A DNA stretch of 8,509 bases from a virus (taxonomy: Monodnaviria > Loebvirae > Hofneiviricota > Faserviricetes > Tubulavirales). The position numbers were made by a program, and so were the translations under genes. Location of the stretch: the IMG/VR virus record IMGVR_UViG_2648501784_000014; one strand, given 5' to 3'. The notes beneath the pieces are model-generated. The model saw only the letters and a list, made by a program, of their open reading frames with translations. It was not told where the DNA came from and made no database searches. This document shows, one piece after another, positions 1 through 8,509 of the stretch. The stretch's first letter is position 1. Each line of letters begins with the position of its first letter.

Positions 1-374
<374 letters not shown>

Positions 375-665
375 CGCAGCGGCCTTTTTATACATAACGT
401 CATTGTGCGCACTGAACCTTAAAGGATTTCAGTGTCCTTACTTAGTTTGTTGTGTATGGTCATCACCAACGGTAGGACAAGCGTTATCAGGCTGAATATT
501 GTCATGCCTGTGATGCTGCCAACAACAAAATGCTTTATCAGCAGGTCAAGAATTAAGTCACTGGTTGTCTGCATATTGCTTTTTAGCAATCATGTAATAC
601 TGCACTTTTGTACCACGGGTGGTACTTTTTGCTCTTCTAGCAATCGCCAAATCGTTTTGTGATTA

Positions 666-854
666 CTATTTTTTTTGTGTAATTTCATTTTTCGAAATCA
701 TATCTTGTTTTGCATCGTTTAAATATTCATCTATCAGATAATTCACGATCTCCGACCATTTTGTGACTTTTCCTGTTTTGGCTGTGATATCTACGGCTGC
801 TCTTTCTATTCTCAGATATCTCTCGTTGCTTATACCAATACTTTTCCTGCTCAT
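666..854 (-). CDS. Small DNA-binding regulator, ribbon-helix-helix (Arc/CopG-like) pattern; putative phage repressor
   Basis: 62-aa ORF with ATG at 854 and a GGGAGA Shine-Dalgarno about 8 nt upstream on the - strand. Sequence KSIGISNERYLRIERAAVDITAKTGKVTKWSEIVNYLIDEYL fits the strand, helix, G-turn, S/T-x-S-E-helix layout of ribbon-helix-helix proteins. Transcribed divergently from rep. Confidence 0.65.
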   Translation of the reverse strand: MSRKSIGISNERYLRIERAAVDITAKTGKVTKWSEIVNYLIDEYLNDAKQDMISKNEITQKK

Positions 855-885
855 TTTTTGTTCTCCCGTTCTTTTGGCTTAGTTT

Positions 886-3002
<2,117 letters not shown>

Positions 3003-3032
3003 CTGAATTTTTAACATTGAGGAGTCTGATTT

Positions 3033-3458
3033 ATGAATCAAATTTATGACAGTTTTCCGTTTCCTTCCCCTGAGGGTTTTACTGCAGGTATGACAATGGC
3101 GGGATTTTTTATTCACGCCACTGTCATAAATGATGAGGAGTTAAAACCCACGGGTTCTCATTATAACCCTGAGGCTAAACCCAAATATGCCATTGTTATT
3201 GGCTATCCGTATGAGGACCGAAAATTAAAAGTCCGCCGTGAGGAGCATGAGCGATTTTCCTGTACTGAGGAGGATTTTAAATTTTTTAATTCATGTCCTG
3301 ATTTGCAGGGCAAACCTGTTTATCTCACGGTGGATGTTAACTCATGGTCGACAGGCTCTGAACGTCATGGTGTCTGGTATCGTTTTATTTCCGGCTCCAT
3401 GAAACGTTTTGACGGTCAGCCGCTGGGTGCACTGCCCGCAGGTAAAGAAAAAGGCTGA
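3033..3458 (+). CDS. Hypothetical 141-aa protein in the gene-V position; candidate ssDNA-binding protein
   Basis: ATG 3033 with GAGGAG Shine-Dalgarno (3019-3024) at 8-nt spacing, starting 30 bp after the rep stop. Hydrophilic with several beta-like segments (FFIHATVIN, KYAIVIGYPY, KPVYLTVDVNSWS, HGVWYRFISGS). Function assigned by synteny only; no similarity to M13 gVp seen. Confidence 0.7.
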   Translation: MNQIYDSFPFPSPEGFTAGMTMAGFFIHATVINDEELKPTGSHYNPEAKPKYAIVIGYPYEDRKLKVRREEHERFSCTEEDFKFFNSCPDLQGKPVYLTVDVNSWSTGSERHGVWYRFISGSMKRFDGQPLGALPAGKEKG

Positions 3459-3462
3459 TGAT

Positions 3463-3603
3463 ATGTCTGACGCTGATTTTCTGAACTTTGTTTTATTTGC
3501 TGCGCCTGCAATGATTTTATTTTCTTCAGGTTTTGGCATCGGAATAAAACTGATTCGCGCCTGTGACTCACAAAGCATTACTGTTCAGCGTTATTATGAC
3601 TGA
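3463..3603 (+). CDS. Small hydrophobic protein (46 aa); putative minor coat protein, pVII/pIX-like
   Basis: ATG 3463 lies 4 nt after the upstream stop. Sequence MSDADFLNFVLFAAPAMILFSSGFGIGIKLIRACDSQSITVQRYYD has one predicted membrane helix. Position matches gVII/gIX of Ff phages. Confidence 0.55.
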   Translation: MSDADFLNFVLFAAPAMILFSSGFGIGIKLIRACDSQSITVQRYYD

Positions 3604-3766
3604 ATTTGATTTCAGCGGTGTTTTATCCGCACTGAATTCTGGCGTACAGGACGGAGAACTTTACTGGGCCGTTCTGTATGTCTGGATTGTCTGCTGGCTT
3701 CTTGGCTTTGGCCTTGGTGTTATTTTCACTCTGGTCTGCCGGATGTTCAGCGATGCTGTTAATTAA
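3596..3766 (+). CDS. Small hydrophobic protein (56 aa); putative minor coat protein, pIX/pVII-like
   Basis: ATG 3596 overlaps the upstream ORF by 8 nt (ending at 3603), suggesting translational coupling. MTEFDFSGVLSALNSGVQDGELYWAVLYVWIVCWLLGFGLGVIFTLVCRMFSDAVN has one membrane helix. The alternative upstream start at 3563 is less likely. Confidence 0.5.
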   Translation: MTEFDFSGVLSALNSGVQDGELYWAVLYVWIVCWLLGFGLGVIFTLVCRMFSDAVN

Positions 3767-3772
3767 TTTTAA

Positions 3773-4033
<261 letters not shown>

Positions 4034-4048
4034 TAGTTATTTAACGAC

Positions 4049-4072
4049 AGCGTCCTTCGGGGCGCTTTTTTA
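4049..4072 (+). terminator. Rho-independent terminator after the major coat gene
   Basis: Stem AGCGTCC (4049-4055) / GGGCGCT (4060-4066) with one G-T wobble, TTCG tetraloop (4056-4059), then a T-run through 4071. Same position as the strong gene VIII terminator in Ff phages. Confidence 0.75.
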
Positions 4073-4075
4073 ATC

Positions 4076-5503
4076 ATGCCAGGAGTGTTTTGCTTGATTC
4101 GTTTTATTATTTCGCTTCTGTTTTTGTTCTTTTCTTCGCTTTCTTTTGCTGAGGAGAAAGAAGATCCGGATAAGCTTGTTCAGTGTTTTGGCCGTTTCCA
4201 CTGCAGAACAGCTTATTCAGATGCGGGGGCATCGATTAAATTAGCCAGGGGAGCTGGTCATATTTATTGTGGTTCCGGTAGTTACGATGCGTGCTCCGGA
4301 ATAATTCATTATTGCGGTAATAGGCTATCAGACTCGTCTCAAGCGCCTTCCACCGTTGGGGTTTTTGTCCATGCCCGGTGGTTCGCATATAAAGTCTGGG
4401 ATTTAGAGAAGCGAGAGTGGAGTACCTGCACTCTTCAATATCAGGGTGGTGAGGGGGATTTGACACCTGAATATAATAAGCCGCCAACTGACGAGATTTG
4501 TCTTTCTCGTCCGGTTCTTGATGGTATGACTTTTCCTGGTGTTTATAAAGGTGATGACGGGACCCGTTATGTTAATGTGCAGGGGTGTATTTATGAGGCA
4601 ACCGGCAATCCTTTTATTTGTAATCCCGATGATGATACGGTTTGTACTGCCAACTGGAAACCAGTTGCTGTAGATCCTGCATTCTCCGATGATAAGGAGG
4701 ATGGCGGTAGCTCAGGTGGCGGCAGTTCCGGTGGTGGTAACTCTGGCGGCGGTAGCTCAGGTGGTGGCAGTTCTGGCGGTGGTAGCTCAGGTGGCGGCAG
4801 TTCCGGTGGTGGTAACTCAGGCGGTGGTAGCATAGGTGGTGGCAGTTCTGGCGGTGGTAGCTCAGGTGGCGGCAGTTCCGGTGGTGGTAACTCAGGCGGT
4901 GGTAGCATAGGTGGTGGCAGTTCCGGTGGTGGTAACTCAGGCGGCGGCAGCTCAGGTGGTGGCAGTTCCGGTGGTGGTAACTCAGGCGGCGGCAGCTCAG
5001 GTGGTGGTAGTTCCGGTGGCGGTAGCTCAGGCGGTGGCAGTTCCTCCGGCGACGGCTGGCTTGGTGATATTCTTGGCTGGTTGCAGCGTATTTGGGTTTC
5101 AGTGAATGATTTAAATAATGCTTTTTCTGTTTCTCAGGATGATATTACCAGTGCGGTTAGTTCTTATGATTCACAGTTAAATGAATTAATTCATTCTGTA
5201 ACGCCTGAACAGGATGATATGTCTTCATTTGCTGACAGGCTTTTCAGCCTTCTTCCTGATGAGTGGCTTTATATTAATTTTGATAAATTACTTTTAACTG
5301 GTGAACTGCGTCGTTCTGGTGCTCAGCCAGTTCAGATTGAATTTCCGGGAATAAATGGGTTGTATTTTACAATTGACACATCTGATTTTGCTTCAGTTTA
5401 TGATGACATTATCAGGCCTTTATTAGAGTATGCTCTTTATGCATTAACGACTTTGCGTTGTTATTTTATTGTTCGTCGTGTTCTTTTTGTTGACAGGGGG
5501 TAA
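4076..5503 (+). CDS. gIII: Adsorption/minor coat protein pIII-like (475 aa from ATG 4076)
   Basis: N-terminal signal peptide, Cys-rich N-terminal domain, 116-aa Gly/Ser linker, and a C-terminal domain (PVQIEFPGINGLYFTIDTSDFASVYDDIIRPLLEYALYALTTLRCYFIV) resembling the M13 pIII C-terminus (recalled). ATG 4076 has no clear Shine-Dalgarno; in-frame TTG 4094 sits 8 nt after AGGAG (4081-4085) and is an alternative start. Confidence 0.8.
   Translation: MPGVFCLIRFIISLLFLFFSSLSFAEEKEDPDKLVQCFGRFHCRTAYSDAGASIKLARGAGHIYCGSGSYDACSGIIHYCGNRLSDSSQAPSTVGVFVHARWFAYKVWDLEKREWSTCTLQYQGGEGDLTPEYNKPPTDEICLSRPVLDGMTFPGVYKGDDGTRYVNVQGCIYEATGNPFICNPDDDTVCTANWKPVAVDPAFSDDKEDGGSSGGGSSGGGNSGGGSSGGGSSGGGSSGGGSSGGGNSGGGSIGGGSSGGGSSGGGSSGGGNSGGGSIGGGSSGGGNSGGGSSGGGSSGGGNSGGGSSGGGSSGGGSSGGGSSSGDGWLGDILGWLQRIWVSVNDLNNAFSVSQDDITSAVSSYDSQLNELIHSVTPEQDDMSSFADRLFSLLPDEWLYINFDKLLLTGELRRSGAQPVQIEFPGINGLYFTIDTSDFASVYDDIIRPLLEYALYALTTLRCYFIVRRVLFVDRG
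4703..5050. repeat. Tandem 15-nt periodic repeat encoding about 23 GGG(S/N)(S/I) pentapeptides (pIII linker)
   Basis: Near-identical GGT GGC GGC AGT TCC-type units; the peptide NSGGGSIGGGSSGGG occurs twice. The opposite strand reads as ELPPP repeats, which explains the spurious ORF at 4591-4908. Confidence 0.9.
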
Positions 5504-5505
5504 TA

Positions 5506-7076
<1,571 letters not shown>

Positions 7077-7085
7077 GACAGAGGA

Positions 7086-7150
7086 CACTCCGCTCGCCGC
7101 AGACCCAGCGACCGAACGTAGTGAGCGAGTGGTCGAGGAAGCGGAATATC
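7086..7150. other. GC-rich intergenic element resembling the ColE1/pMB1 region downstream of ori; candidate primosome-assembly / single-strand initiation site
   Basis: CCGCTCGCCGCAG (7090-7102), GACCGAACG, AGTGAGCGAG and GAGGAAGCGGAA closely match the pBR322/pUC sequence CCGCTCGCCGCAGCCGAACGACCGAGCGCAGCGAGTCAGTGAGCGAGGAAGCGGAAGAG recalled from memory. Imperfect inverted repeats (ACTCCGCTC / GAGCGAGT; TCCGC / GCGGA). Sits in a 111-bp spacer between gene I and gene IV. Confidence 0.4.
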
Positions 7151-7157
7151 TTCATGA

Positions 7158-8509
<1,352 letters not shown>

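Noticed and set aside
432-662. 76-aa plus-strand ORF (GTG start) in the intergenic region
   Set aside because: Cys-rich, compositionally odd translation in a region full of palindromes and repeats where inoviruses keep origin and packaging signals. Only a weak AAGGA before a GTG. Could be real but unsupported.
4591-4908. 105-aa minus-strand ORF made of ELPPP repeats
   Set aside because: It is the reverse-complement reading of the pIII Gly/Ser repeat; a low-complexity artefact antisense to a well-supported gene.
4703-5050. Possible CRISPR array or other non-coding tandem repeat
   Set aside because: The repeats are 15-nt in-frame units with no spacers, lying inside a continuous ORF flanked by recognisable pIII domains.
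7086-7150. Cloning-vector (pUC/pBR322) contamination
   Set aside because: Similarity is patchy (about 80 percent over about 65 bp) and the segment sits between intact phage genes; better explained as a homologous natural element.

Overview
The window is a complete Ff-like filamentous phage (Inoviridae) genome of 8135 bp, read past its own start: bases 1-374 are identical to 8136-8509. Gene order on the + strand is rep, a gene-V-position ORF, two small membrane-protein ORFs, major coat pVIII, adsorption protein pIII, a pVI-like ORF, assembly ATPase pI (Zot family) and secretin pIV, followed by a long intergenic region. The pI, pIV and pIII C-terminal calls rest on direct similarity to M13 proteins recalled from memory; the others rest on position, size and hydrophobicity. 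The replication and lysogeny module is not Ff-like: a roughly 666-aa rolling-circle initiator with a phiX174/P2 gpA-type YxxKYxxK motif, a divergent small ribbon-helix-helix-like regulator with iterated TGCA-rich repeats between them, and two inverted dif-like XerC/XerD sites around a GC stem-loop. That last structure resembles the folded attP of CTXphi and, with no recombinase gene present, suggests integration at the host dif site by host XerCD. A GC-rich element between gene I and gene IV resembles the ColE1/pMB1 region downstream of ori and may be a single-strand initiation site. Nothing here was checked against a database; all homology statements are from reading the sequence and recall.
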